64,000 nucleotides of DNA from an uncultured Nitrospiraceae bacterium (GTDB taxonomy: Bacteria; Nitrospirota; Nitrospiria; Nitrospirales; Nitrospiraceae): positions 416,001 to 480,000 of the forward strand of contig CAVPLT010000001.1 of the NCBI GenBank assembly GCA_963706325.1, read 5' to 3'. The translations under genes were made by a program, and so were the position numbers. The notes beneath the pieces are model-generated. The model was not told the DNA's origin, made no database searches, and worked only from the letters and a program-made list of their open reading frames with translations. This document shows, in pieces, positions 40,127 through 50,133 of this stretch (its first letter is position 1; every line of letters starts with the position of its first letter).

Positions 40127-41532
40127 GGACGGCTCATCTGCTCGACAATGGCTTCGGCCGGATAGGTCACAATTTCCGCCAACGTCGGATGATAGTGCGG
40201 AATGCGCAGCAGGTCCTGTGCCGTTCCATGAAAGTACATCACGGCAATGAGTTCGTGGATCAACTCTCCCGCATGCGGGCCCACGATCTGCGCGCCCAAC
40301 AGCTCTCCGTTTTCCGGGCGACACAACAGCTTAATAAATCCATGCGCCGCCCCCATGCACATCGCTCTCCCATGATCTGCGAATGAATAAGAAGCCGTCA
40401 AATATGGAATGGCTCGTTCTCTGCATTGCCGCTCATTCACCCCTGCTACCCCGATCTGAGGTTCGGTGAATACCGCTTCAGCATCAAGCCGGTGATCGAT
40501 CGTCCGCACGAGACCATTCGGCTGCGTCGCATTCCACGCAGCTGTTTCGCCTTGCTGAATCGCGAGATGCACAATAGGCGTCAGATCGTTCACGTCGCCG
40601 ACGGCAAAGATGTGCGGTTGTGAGGTGCGCATGTCTTGACCAACCGTCAGACGACCGCCAATGGCCTGCACGCCCGCCGCCTCAAGGCCTAACCCCTGTA
40701 TATTTGGGCGACGGCCTAATGCATGAAGAATCGTCTCTGCGGAACGCGTCTGGACTACGCCTCCCTGCATAAAGTGCGCGGTTTTCTCCGATGGCGTGTG
40801 GGTTATCCGTTGCAGCGAGACATCGGTTACCACCTCGATACCTTCCTCACGAAAGGACACCTCCAGCGCACGACCGACATCCGCATCCATATGGGACAAG
40901 AGCGTGGCCTTCCGCTGCAGAATGGTCACTTTGGTCCCAATTCGAGCGAAAAATTGTCCAAGTTCTACGGCGACCGGTCCGCCGCCCAGCACGAGGAGCG
41001 AGACAGGAGGCCGACGAAGGTCAAGTATCGTGTCGCTGGTCTGATAGCCGGCCTCATCCAACCCCGGGATACAGACCTCATGGGGCGTCGAGCCGGTGGC
41101 AATCACGAACGCCTGCCCGTGAATCCGCATATTTCCTGCGAGAATGTCATGGGGAGAGATAAATTCGGCGTGCGATTCATACAACGTAAACCTTGGATCG
41201 CGCAGGGCGGCTATGCGATAGTCCGCAAACTCCTGCACCAGTCGATTCTTGCGATCCACGATAGCCGATAGATCCGCGCGTGGGGTGACCGGGGCAAGAC
41301 CGAATTCACGCGCCCGGTTCATCATCGCCATCATTTCCGAGGACTGCAGAAACGCTTTGGTCGGCATGCAGCCTCGCAGGATGCAAAGACCGCCGAGCGG
41401 CCCTTGATCGACAATAGCGACATCGGCGCCGGCATCGCGGGCGGTCCGCGCGGCGGCATAGCCTGCTGAACCTCCGCCGATGATCACCACATCGTGGCGA
41501 CGCTTAGGCATGTGCGGCAGTTGTGGCGACAT
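40123..41532 (-). CDS. Pyridine nucleotide-disulfide oxidoreductase (Lpd/MerA family)
   Basis: GGGSAG, CILRGCMPTK, GGGPVAVE and HPTLAE motifs; no MerA C-terminal CC pair. Confidence 0.9.
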   Translation of the reverse strand: MSPQLPHMPKRRHDVVIIGGGSAGYAAARTARDAGADVAIVDQGPLGGLCILRGCMPTKAFLQSSEMMAMMNRAREFGLAPVTPRADLSAIVDRKNRLVQEFADYRIAALRDPRFTLYESHAEFISPHDILAGNMRIHGQAFVIATGSTPHEVCIPGLDEAGYQTSDTILDLRRPPVSLLVLGGGPVAVELGQFFARIGTKVTILQRKATLLSHMDADVGRALEVSFREEGIEVVTDVSLQRITHTPSEKTAHFMQGGVVQTRSAETILHALGRRPNIQGLGLEAAGVQAIGGRLTVGQDMRTSQPHIFAVGDVNDLTPIVHLAIQQGETAAWNATQPNGLVRTIDHRLDAEAVFTEPQIGVAGVNERQCRERAIPYLTASYSFADHGRAMCMGAAHGFIKLLCRPENGELLGAQIVGPHAGELIHELIAVMYFHGTAQDLLRIPHYHPTLAEIVTYPAEAIVEQMSRP

Positions 41533-41581
41533 CCCAGATCCGGTAGACTCATGCGCAGCAAATGACCCGCAAGGATACACT

Positions 41582-41800
41582 ATGATCAAACCTGGCCGCT
41601 ATCGTCACTACAAGGGAAAGGACTATGACGTGATCGGGGTAGCCCGGCACTCCGAAAGCGAGGAAGAATACGTCGTCTACCGCCAACTCTACGGAACAGG
41701 CGAACTCTGGATCAGACCGATGGGTATGTTTCTCGAATCGGTATCGGTGGAAGGGGCCACTGTGCCCAGGTTTCGTCGGCTAGAGGAAGGTCCAGCGTGA
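41582..41800 (+). CDS. DUF1653 domain protein
   Basis: YRHYKG, HSE, VVYRQLY and LWIRP motifs. Confidence 0.9.
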   Translation: MIKPGRYRHYKGKDYDVIGVARHSESEEEYVVYRQLYGTGELWIRPMGMFLESVSVEGATVPRFRRLEEGPA

Positions 41801-42253
41801 AAAGGTTGCGGCTTGTCCTAGCCGATGTCCAGCCTTGTTGATGACGCTCCACACAATTGCATTCTCGATCAGAAACCGGCGCCCGCTGTTGGAGATTCTG
41901 ACGCCCCGGTAGTTCTCTATGTAGCCCCGCGTTCGGGCGCGCTCGAGCATCCATTCTCGCTCGGCACGGTTGACGACTTCCGCCGTCAGCCGAGACGGCG
42001 TCTGCAGCAGCGCGTCCCATGTCGTCTCCCACAGGGAGAGAGCGAGATGCGATCCATAATTGAGAAGCGGATCCTCTTCAGTTCCATGGGAGACAACCAC
42101 GAACGGAGCCAAAAAGAGCGCGTGGGCCTCCGCCTCTTGTTCCCCTGTCCGCTCAAGCAAGTCCCGCCCCACCCAGTGACGGTAACTATTCAGCAGCAAC
42201 TGGGACCATTCAACGACCGTCGGCTGTCGCCACACCTGATTCGGATCGTCCAT
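41780..42253 (-). CDS. MEKHLA domain protein
   Basis: VVVSHG, PSRLTAE, YRGVRIS and GQAATF motifs. Confidence 0.9.
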   Translation of the reverse strand: MDDPNQVWRQPTVVEWSQLLLNSYRHWVGRDLLERTGEQEAEAHALFLAPFVVVSHGTEEDPLLNYGSHLALSLWETTWDALLQTPSRLTAEVVNRAEREWMLERARTRGYIENYRGVRISNSGRRFLIENAIVWSVINKAGHRLGQAATFSRWTFL

Positions 42254-42367
42254 GGCGTCCCCGATGGGATACACTCAGTACACAGCACAGACTCACAGAC
42301 TCGGCACCAATAGCCTCCAGAGGCTCGCTGCGTGATAGCATGACTGCTCGCCCGATTCAACGCGCGG

Positions 42368-42919
42368 CTACGCGGCGCTTTTTCGCAGATGACGGACAAA
42401 CAATGGCTGCCCGCCTGTTCCCATCAAGGTCATGATCAGGTCGCCGCGTCGCAGGTCGCTTCCGAATCCAATGGCTTCGCGGTCTTGTAACACAACTTCA
42501 CAGGACCATCTCTCGACGGGCTGATCCTGGCCCTTGGCCTTGTGAAGCAACCGACCTCTCTGGTCGACCTGATAGGTCATTTCCACCGGCACCGCTTCAA
42601 AGATTGTGTCTGGTTTGTCCAGAATGGGCCGGAGCGAGTGGGCTGATTTGACGGCGCCACGAGTTGAATATTGAAAGACTTGGTGAGGGAATAGATAAGG
42701 AGCCTGGGGATTTCTGAATCGATAGGGTGAATTGAATGCGACTAATTCCCAATTGCCAAGAACATCCCGGCGCGTGCAGGATCGGACATACCCTGCCTGA
42801 ATAGCCGATCCTGTTCTGATCAATGATTTCGCCATGGAGTGATCCTTCGCCTCCACTGGGCCATCACAAATCACGCCCACACACCCTGCCACGGCAAGCA
42901 AGCCTATCCAGCATTTCAT
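42368..42919 (-). CDS. Exported hypothetical protein
   Basis: Signal peptide, GGAGG RBS and lipocalin-like LGNWEL segment. Confidence 0.7.
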   Translation of the reverse strand: MKCWIGLLAVAGCVGVICDGPVEAKDHSMAKSLIRTGSAIQAGYVRSCTRRDVLGNWELVAFNSPYRFRNPQAPYLFPHQVFQYSTRGAVKSAHSLRPILDKPDTIFEAVPVEMTYQVDQRGRLLHKAKGQDQPVERWSCEVVLQDREAIGFGSDLRRGDLIMTLMGTGGQPLFVRHLRKSAA

Positions 42920-43010
42920 ACGATCCTCCGTCTCGTAGACGATCCCTCCCTGCTCGCGCTGTTACCTCAAGCCTAGCAGAGGACCGGACATCGTCAGAAA
43001 CTCAGCGATA

Positions 43011-43244
43011 TTAAGGGTCTTTCCGTATGTCTGCGGCAGGGGAAGGGGCCGGCAAAGATTTGGGGGCTCGCGGGAGCACACGGTATTCGATCAGCCGACA
43101 GGTGCAAAAGGAGACCTGTCGCCATTCTGCCGTAATTTTCACAATCGCCGATCCACAGATGGAGCAGCCGAGTGCTCGAGGATCGCGTTTAATAGTCCAG
43201 CGGGGAATGGTGATGCGTTCGCTGTGGCTCGGTTCCTGTTCCAT
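43011..43244 (-). CDS. Small Cys-containing hypothetical protein
   Basis: 77 aa with CSIC...CTC. Confidence 0.5.
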   Translation of the reverse strand: MEQEPSHSERITIPRWTIKRDPRALGCSICGSAIVKITAEWRQVSFCTCRLIEYRVLPRAPKSLPAPSPAADIRKDP

Positions 43245-43404
43245 GGGGACGTTATCGGTCCCCGGTTTTAAAATCTAAAGCGGCACATTCTGCCTCAGCC
43301 CTTTACCCTTGATGCGGCAGGGCCGCTCGCATATATAATAGCCCCGCATCGGTCCCTGCGCGGCTCGCTTGTTGCCTCAGCGCAGACCTATAAGGAGTAC
43401 GGCC

Positions 43405-44808
43405 ATGGCTGCACAGACATTGTTCGATAAAATTTGGGATACGCACGTCGTTCGGGCAGAACCTGATGGCACCACGTTACTGTATATCGACCGCCAGCTT
43501 GTGCATGAAGTCACATCTCCGCAAGCGTTTGAGGGGTTGACGCTCGCCGCAAGGACGCCCCGTAGACCGGGCGCTGTTCTGGCTGTTCCAGACCATAATG
43601 TCCCCACTACAGACCGTGGCTTGGCGATTGCCGACCCGATCAGTGCCAAACAAATTCAAACGCTCCAAGATAACTGCGCGACTTTCGGCATTACATTTTT
43701 CGGGATGAACGATATTCGGCAGGGCGTAGTGCATATCATCGGCCCCGAACAGGGGTTCACCCTGCCAGGCATGACCATCGTCTGTGGCGATTCACATACC
43801 TCGACCCATGGAGCGTTTGGAGCGCTGGCGTTCGGCATCGGGACGAGCGAGGTTGAACATGTCTTAGCCACCCAGTGTTTGGTTCAGAAACGTCCCAAAA
43901 CCATGGAGATCCGAGTTGAGGGACAGCTCTCTTCTCGTTGCTCAGCCAAGGACGTGATCCTGGCGATTATCGGCAAAATCGGCACGGCCGGTGGAACGGG
44001 CTACGTGATTGAATACACCGGCTCTACGATCCGCGCACTCAGCATGGAAGGGCGCATGACCCTGTGCAATATGTCCATCGAAGGCGGGGCTCGCGCCGGC
44101 ATGGTGGCCCCGGATGACACCACCGTCGCCTACATTAAAGGTCGGCCGATGGCGCCGAAGGGAGCGCTCTGGGGCCAAGCCGTGGCAGCCTGGCGGCAAC
44201 TTACGACCGATCCCGGCGCTCGATACGATGCCGTGGTGGAATTGCGAGCCGAAACGATCGCACCCCAGGTCACCTGGGGTACCAGCCCGGGAATGGTCAC
44301 CGGTGTGGATGGGAACGTGCCGGACCCTCGAAGCATGAAGGACGAGAAACTCCGCCAGTCTACCGAACAAGCCCTCGAGTACATGGCGTTGTCGCCCGGA
44401 ATGCCGATCCGCGATATCAAGATCGACACCGTATTTATCGGATCCTGCACCAATGCGCGGATCGAAGACCTTCGCCTCGCCGCATCGTTCGCCAAGGGCA
44501 AGAAAGTTGCCGATAGCGTGCACGCGATGGTGGTGCCTGGTTCCGGCCTCGTGAAACAGCAGGCGGAACAAGAGGGACTTGATCGCATTTTCAAAGAATC
44601 GGGATTCGAATGGCGGGATGCGGGATGCAGTATGTGCCTCGCCATGAATGCCGACGTGCTGAAGCCGGGGGAACGCTGCGCGTCCACCAGCAACCGGAAT
44701 TTTGAAGGACGCCAGGGAGCCGGCGGACGGACCCACTTGGTGTCTCCTGCGATGGCCGTGGCCGCCGCTATCGAGGGACATTTCGTGGATATTCGTCACT
44801 GGGCATAA
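43405..44808 (+). CDS. leuC: 3-isopropylmalate dehydratase large subunit
   Basis: [28 protein letters not shown] and [11 protein letters not shown] motifs. Confidence 0.98.
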   Translation: MAAQTLFDKIWDTHVVRAEPDGTTLLYIDRQLVHEVTSPQAFEGLTLAARTPRRPGAVLAVPDHNVPTTDRGLAIADPISAKQIQTLQDNCATFGITFFGMNDIRQGVVHIIGPEQGFTLPGMTIVCGDSHTSTHGAFGALAFGIGTSEVEHVLATQCLVQKRPKTMEIRVEGQLSSRCSAKDVILAIIGKIGTAGGTGYVIEYTGSTIRALSMEGRMTLCNMSIEGGARAGMVAPDDTTVAYIKGRPMAPKGALWGQAVAAWRQLTTDPGARYDAVVELRAETIAPQVTWGTSPGMVTGVDGNVPDPRSMKDEKLRQSTEQALEYMALSPGMPIRDIKIDTVFIGSCTNARIEDLRLAASFAKGKKVADSVHAMVVPGSGLVKQQAEQEGLDRIFKESGFEWRDAGCSMCLAMNADVLKPGERCASTSNRNFEGRQGAGGRTHLVSPAMAVAAAIEGHFVDIRHWA

Positions 44809-44879
44809 TCTACGTACGCCCTTGTTCACGGTAGGCATCGCAACGCATGAAGCTCGAGAAGAGAGACTGAGGACACATT

Positions 44880-45518
44880 ATGGACGCATTCACCACACTC
44901 ACAGGCTGGGTTGCTCCGCTAGACCGACTGAATGTCGATACCGATCAGATTATCCCAAAACAGTTTTTGAAGACGATAAAACGGACCGGTCTGCGAGAAG
45001 GCCTGTTTTATGATTGGCGGCGGCGCAAGGATGGTTCGCAGGATCCCACCTTCTTCTTGAACCAACCCCGTTACCAACAAGCCAGCATTCTCTTGGCGCG
45101 GGACAACTTCGGCTGCGGATCCTCGCGTGAACATGCGCCATGGGCATTACTTGATCAAGGTTTTCGGTGCGTGCTCGCCCCGAGCTTCGCGGACATTTTC
45201 TACAATAACTGCTTCCAAAACGGCATGTTGCCGGTGGTATTGAAGGGACATGAAATCCAAGCGCTATTCGAGGGCGTCATGGCCCGAGAAGGATATCGAC
45301 TCACGGTGGACCTCGCGGCTCAACGTGTGACGACGCCGGAAGGCGCCGCCTATCATTTCGACATCGATCCGTTTCGAAAGGATTGCCTGTACCGCGGCTT
45401 GGATGCGATTGGTCTCACCCTCCAGCATGTTGATCAGATCGCGCAGTATGAGCAACGCCGTCGCACGCAAGCCCCCTGGCTCTTCCAGGATGTGGCCTCC
45501 ACGACGGGAACGGCATGA
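44880..45518 (+). CDS. leuD: 3-isopropylmalate dehydratase small subunit
   Basis: [13 protein letters not shown] and [11 protein letters not shown] motifs. Confidence 0.97.
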   Translation: MDAFTTLTGWVAPLDRLNVDTDQIIPKQFLKTIKRTGLREGLFYDWRRRKDGSQDPTFFLNQPRYQQASILLARDNFGCGSSREHAPWALLDQGFRCVLAPSFADIFYNNCFQNGMLPVVLKGHEIQALFEGVMAREGYRLTVDLAAQRVTTPEGAAYHFDIDPFRKDCLYRGLDAIGLTLQHVDQIAQYEQRRRTQAPWLFQDVASTTGTA

Positions 45519-45862
45519 CCGCGAAAATATTCTTTACCTTGTCGGTGTTCTTGGGAGCCGCCTACCTCTTAGTCATCTTCAATTGGAGTTATTCCGATGG
45601 AGATCGCGTGGGTTATCTTCAGAAACTGTCGCGGAAAGGGTGGGTCTGCAAGACTCAGGAAGGCGAACTGGCCATGACGACGGTGCCCGGCGTCGCGCCG
45701 CTCCTATGGAATTTCAGCGTGTGGGATGATACCGTCGCGAAAAAACTCGATGGGCAAATGGGGAAGCGAGTAGTCCTTCATTATAGGGAATTCCGCTACA
45801 TCCCGACCACCTGCTTTGGAGAAACCACCTACTTCGTGGATCGCGTGGAGATCTTGGACTAA
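45515..45862 (+). CDS. Small membrane-anchored hypothetical protein
   Basis: ATGA overlap with leuD; YSDGDRVG...[12 protein letters not shown]. Confidence 0.85.
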   Translation: MTAKIFFTLSVFLGAAYLLVIFNWSYSDGDRVGYLQKLSRKGWVCKTQEGELAMTTVPGVAPLLWNFSVWDDTVAKKLDGQMGKRVVLHYREFRYIPTTCFGETTYFVDRVEILD

Positions 45863-45869
45863 GTCTGCG

Positions 45870-46929
45870 TCACAGCCATTTCTTCTGCTTGAAGAAGTAC
45901 AGCATGGCCGTCCCCGTCATGGCCATCACTCCAAGCACGACCGGATATCCCCAGGTTGATTTCAGTTCAGGCATGTGCTCAAAGTTCATTCCATAGATAC
46001 TGGCGATAAAACTGAGCGGCATGAAAATCGTCGTGATGATCGTCAGCACCTTCATCACACCATTCAACCGATAACTCACGCTCGACAGATACACTTCCAT
46101 CATGGATGATACCATTTCCCGCAACGTTTCAATGGTATCGCCGATTTGAATGATGTGATCATACACGTCTCGAAAGAAGACTTTTGTCGAGCCCTGTAAG
46201 AATTGACCATCCGAACGCGAGAGATTGTTCATGACATCGCGAAGCGGCCAGACGGAGCGACGCAAGAACAGAAGCTGCCGTTTGAGCGCATGAATATCAC
46301 GCAGCGTTTCCGGTCCAGGATTCGTAATACAGAGATCCTGTAATGCTTCAATCCTCTCTCCCAAGGTTTCGAGAATGATGAAGTATCGATCCACAATCGA
46401 GTCCATCAGGGCATACAAAAGATAATCGGCTCCCGCATGCCTGAGGCGGCCTTTGCCGTTTCTCAGGCGTTCCTTCACGCCTTCAAAGACATCGCCACCG
46501 TTCTCCTGGAACGACAAGAGAAAATTTTCCCCAAAGACAAGGCTTACCTGTTCGACATTGATATCGCCGTGCCGCTGCCCCTCATACAGCATCTTCAGCA
46601 CAACATAGCCGTAGGCCCCATAATCATCGAGCTTCGGACGCTGGTCGGTATTGGCGATGTCCTCGAGCAACAACGGATGGAGGCCGAACATTTTCCCGAA
46701 GGCCTCCAAGCACGTCCATCTTATGGATGCCCCCGATATCCACCCACCGGACAATCGGCTCACCGGCCATGGCTATGTCGGCCGGCTTTGCAACAGTCCG
46801 TTCTTGGAACCGGCCTTCGCCGTATTCGTAGACAGCGATAGTGACCGTATCTGACTTTTTCTCACCGATGTGGACCAGCGTGCCAGGCGGCAAGCCGGAC
46901 TTGCGGGAACGTTTGTGCATCAGCTTCAT
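45870..46929 (-). pseudogene. corA: Magnesium/cobalt transporter CorA with a 1-nt frameshift near 46710 (possibly sequencing error)
   Basis: GLPPGTL N-terminus in one frame; HPLLLEDI and YGMNFEHMPEL in the next. Confidence 0.9.
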
Positions 46930-47075
46930 GGTGGATCCAGCTTGTACGCGGATCCTCAGAGAGCGTCAAGCGTCTCTCCACGCCAATCCACTCTACGCTT
47001 TGTTCTCGCCCCGAGACCTGATACGCTGAAGCGACGTGCATGGACATTCTTCGCGATCCTGGAGCCAGCCTGCCG

Positions 47076-47882
47076 ATGCAACATGAACTCGCCACCCTAT
47101 CAGGCGCCATGCTACGCGCTGGTCACCAAGCTATTCGCTTGGCCGCCGAGGGGTTTGAGACCTTTACCAAGCAGGACCACTCTCCTGTGACGTCAGCTGA
47201 TCTGGCCGTGAATGAGATCCTTCGGGAGAGCTTGTCGAATGCTTTCCCCGAAGACGGTTGGTTGTCTGAGGAAACACCAGATAACTCGGAGCGGCTGGAT
47301 AAGAAGCGCGTGTGGATCGTCGATCCAATCGACGGAACGCGGTCATTCGTGCGAGGCCTCCCGGAATTCTGCCTGTCCGTGGCGCTCATCGAAAATGGCG
47401 TCCCGATGGTCGCGGCTATTTTTAATCCCTCCACCGGCGAGTTTTTTTCGGCCATTCGTGGCCAGGGCATGCGCCTCGATCATCACCCGGATGCCGGCCA
47501 GCCTCCGTTCGGCCCACTCGAACGACCTCTCGCACTCGTGAATCCAGGGGAGCTGCGAATCGGCCGTTTTCAGGCTCTGGAGCCTCACATGCGGTGCCGA
47601 CCGATTGGATCGATCGCCTACGCCCTCGCCTTGGTCGCGGCAGGACAAGCCGACGCGGCAGTGACTTTGGAGGGAGGAAACGAATGGGACGTCGCCGCCG
47701 GCATTCTGTTGATCGAAGAAAGTGGAGGACGCGCCACCACGGCATCAGGCCATCCATTTTTATTCAACCGCCCCGATCCTCGACTGCAAGGAACGTTGGC
47801 TCTAGGCGCTGACGTAGCCGGGGCCGTGCGTGCTCAGATTCTGCAGCTCGGCATGTCAGGATCCCGCTCTCGGCCCCGCTGA
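47076..47882 (+). CDS. cysQ: 3'(2'),5'-bisphosphate nucleotidase / inositol monophosphatase family
   Basis: SPVTSAD, LSEE, VDPIDGT and WDVAAG motifs. Confidence 0.85.
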   Translation: MQHELATLSGAMLRAGHQAIRLAAEGFETFTKQDHSPVTSADLAVNEILRESLSNAFPEDGWLSEETPDNSERLDKKRVWIVDPIDGTRSFVRGLPEFCLSVALIENGVPMVAAIFNPSTGEFFSAIRGQGMRLDHHPDAGQPPFGPLERPLALVNPGELRIGRFQALEPHMRCRPIGSIAYALALVAAGQADAAVTLEGGNEWDVAAGILLIEESGGRATTASGHPFLFNRPDPRLQGTLALGADVAGAVRAQILQLGMSGSRSRPR

Positions 47883-48085
47883 GCTTTCAAGTGGACGCTC
47901 TTCTCTGTACGATACCCCTATCGAAGATTTTTTATGAGTGCCGTCGCATGGCGTCTGAAGTTGACGGCCTGCGGAAACTCGTCTGCAATCCCGAAAGGGC
48001 CGGGCACCAGGTCCCTCGGATGGAAGGCAGACGACGATGCAGGCAGCCACGATCGGCCGCTTCGCCTAGACCAGGGAGGTTTCCC

Positions 48086-48961
48086 ATGAATGTGGCGTTA
48101 TTGGGCACAGGATTATTGGGGCAGGCGGTCGCCGACCGATTGCAGTCCACCGGCCACAAGCTGACTGCCTACAACCGTTCTCATGAAAAAACGCGATCGC
48201 TACAGCAACGAGGTGTCCGAATCGCCGCCACGGCCGAGGAGGCCATGTCCGGTTCGAAGGTGGTTTTGCTTCTGCTTGCAGACGCGGCGGCCATTCGCTC
48301 CGTCCTATTCAATCCCGCCACCACCGCGGCCATTCAAGGGCGCACCATTATCCAAATGGGCACGATCGGTCCGGCGGAGAGCCGAGTGCTCCAGGAGGAG
48401 ATTGAGCGGCTCGGCGGTCATTACCTGGAGGCACCGGTGCTTGGAAGCATCGCAGAGGCACAGGCGGGCACCCTCTTGATCATGGTCGGTGGAACCCCGG
48501 AGCAATATGCGGAATTTGTCCCGCTTCTGCATTCTTTGGGGTCTGAGATACAGCTTATCGGTCCGGCTGGAAAAGCCGCGGGATTGAAATTAGCGTTGAA
48601 TCAGCTTATTGCCGCAGAGATGGCGGCTTTTTCCTTGAGCTTGGGCTTGGTGCGGCGAGAGGGCGTTGCCGTGGAGAGCTTTATGGGAATTTTGCGAAAA
48701 AGCGCACTGTATGCGCCCATGTTCGATAAGAAACTCGCTCGTCTGACAGGGCGGAATTACGAAAACCCAAATTTTTCCACAGGTCACATGCTGAAGGATG
48801 TGGAGTTATTCATCAATGCCGCAGAATCCGCGCACCTGGCGACCGGAAGTCTTCAGGGAATACGGTCCTTGCTCTTAGAAGCTATTGCCCAAGGATTGGG
48901 ATCCGTTGATTATTCAGCTCTTTATGAGGCGATTGATCCGGCAGAAGACCGTCAGCCATAG
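48086..48961 (+). CDS. NAD(P)-dependent oxidoreductase (3-hydroxyisobutyrate dehydrogenase family)
   Basis: LGTGLLG, EAPVLGS and KLALN motifs; GGAGG RBS. Confidence 0.92.
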   Translation: MNVALLGTGLLGQAVADRLQSTGHKLTAYNRSHEKTRSLQQRGVRIAATAEEAMSGSKVVLLLLADAAAIRSVLFNPATTAAIQGRTIIQMGTIGPAESRVLQEEIERLGGHYLEAPVLGSIAEAQAGTLLIMVGGTPEQYAEFVPLLHSLGSEIQLIGPAGKAAGLKLALNQLIAAEMAAFSLSLGLVRREGVAVESFMGILRKSALYAPMFDKKLARLTGRNYENPNFSTGHMLKDVELFINAAESAHLATGSLQGIRSLLLEAIAQGLGSVDYSALYEAIDPAEDRQP

Positions 48962-48964
48962 CAG

Positions 48965-49450
48965 TTACTGCGGCGACCGATCCTTGAGAAGGCTCTGGTT
49001 ATCGACTGCTGAGTGAACCTTCAAGAGGTGAAACCGGCCACCAGACTTCTTCGGAGCCGCATCACGCTCGATGCGCGTATACCACCATCGGCCGTCGCCT
49101 TCCGAAAAGTTCTCGGACAGCGTGATTTCGAATCCACCTTCACGGTCGTTCTCATGCTGAGCCCAGGCCCCCGCCCAGCGATGATCGGAAAGCAGGTCAG
49201 TTCGAAAGTGACCGCCTTTAAAATCATACGTACCGTTGCCGAATCGATCCAGCCTCAGCGGCACCACCACCCCGCCCTCCTCATATTCCCATTCGCCTGC
49301 CAGGACAGCATCCTTCTCCGCCTGGGCGGCATCTTCCAACGGGACAGACTCGCTCGGTGAAGCAGAACTTAATATGGGCACATGACCGCAGGCTTGAAAA
49401 GCCATTGCGCTGAAACAAATTGCCATCAACGTCAACACGGAGTGTTTCAT
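48965..49450 (-). CDS. Hypothetical lipoprotein
   Basis: Lipobox FQAC; beta-rich Gly/Trp segment. Confidence 0.75.
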   Translation of the reverse strand: MKHSVLTLMAICFSAMAFQACGHVPILSSASPSESVPLEDAAQAEKDAVLAGEWEYEEGGVVVPLRLDRFGNGTYDFKGGHFRTDLLSDHRWAGAWAQHENDREGGFEITLSENFSEGDGRWWYTRIERDAAPKKSGGRFHLLKVHSAVDNQSLLKDRSPQ

Positions 49451-49518
49451 ATGTGGTTCCTATGATTTCCTAGATCGATACGAGCCCCCTCGGTGCCTCG
49501 CCCTACATTCTTCATAAC

Positions 49519-49956
49519 ATGCGTTCGAGCCTTGCTCAAGCCTCCATTCTTTTTTTGCTCATATGCACCAAGAGGTCTTGCTGCACGAAGGGACTCCAGA
49601 GTGTGCATCTGAATCACTCAAATAATCGAGTCCATGCCAAAGCGCTGATTGCGACAATGGAGCCCCCAAACGTCGTCCTGCTGGATATCGCGTTGCCCGA
49701 TACGAACGGTCTAGACCTTCTCGCTTACCTGCGGACACAGACGCACTGGCAGAAGACGGCCGTCGCCCTGCTCACGACCGGCGCCGATAACCTCGATATG
49801 CGCCAAGCGGCTCTCCTCGGCGTCGACGACTATATTCTCAAACCTGTCGGCCCTACCAAACTGGCCATAAGGCTCAATCGCCTGTTGAGGGATTCGCAAA
49901 AGAAACAGACCCGGGTGGCCTGGAGCACCGGCTCCTTGGCCATCCGGCAATTGTAG
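49519..49956 (+). pseudogene. Response-regulator receiver domain, apparently truncated or degenerate at the N-terminus
   Basis: VLLDIALPDTNGLD and YILKP present; first beta-strand with the acidic pair not recognisable. Confidence 0.6.
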
Positions 49957-50133
49957 TGCATGTACGCAATTCAATGCACATTTATGCTTCACAAGTGCAG
50001 ATATAGCCAACTGAACGCCGTATGGAAGCTGATCGAGCTATACCGCGGATATCAGGGAAGAAAGCTAAGTGGGCCGCGATGCTAAGAGCCGCTTCCGAGC
50101 AGGCACCGTGAGGCATGCAGATGTGTACCTAGG

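Noticed and set aside
40123..41532. Mercuric reductase merA
   Set aside because: No N-terminal metal-binding domain, no C-terminal Cys-Cys pair and no mer operon
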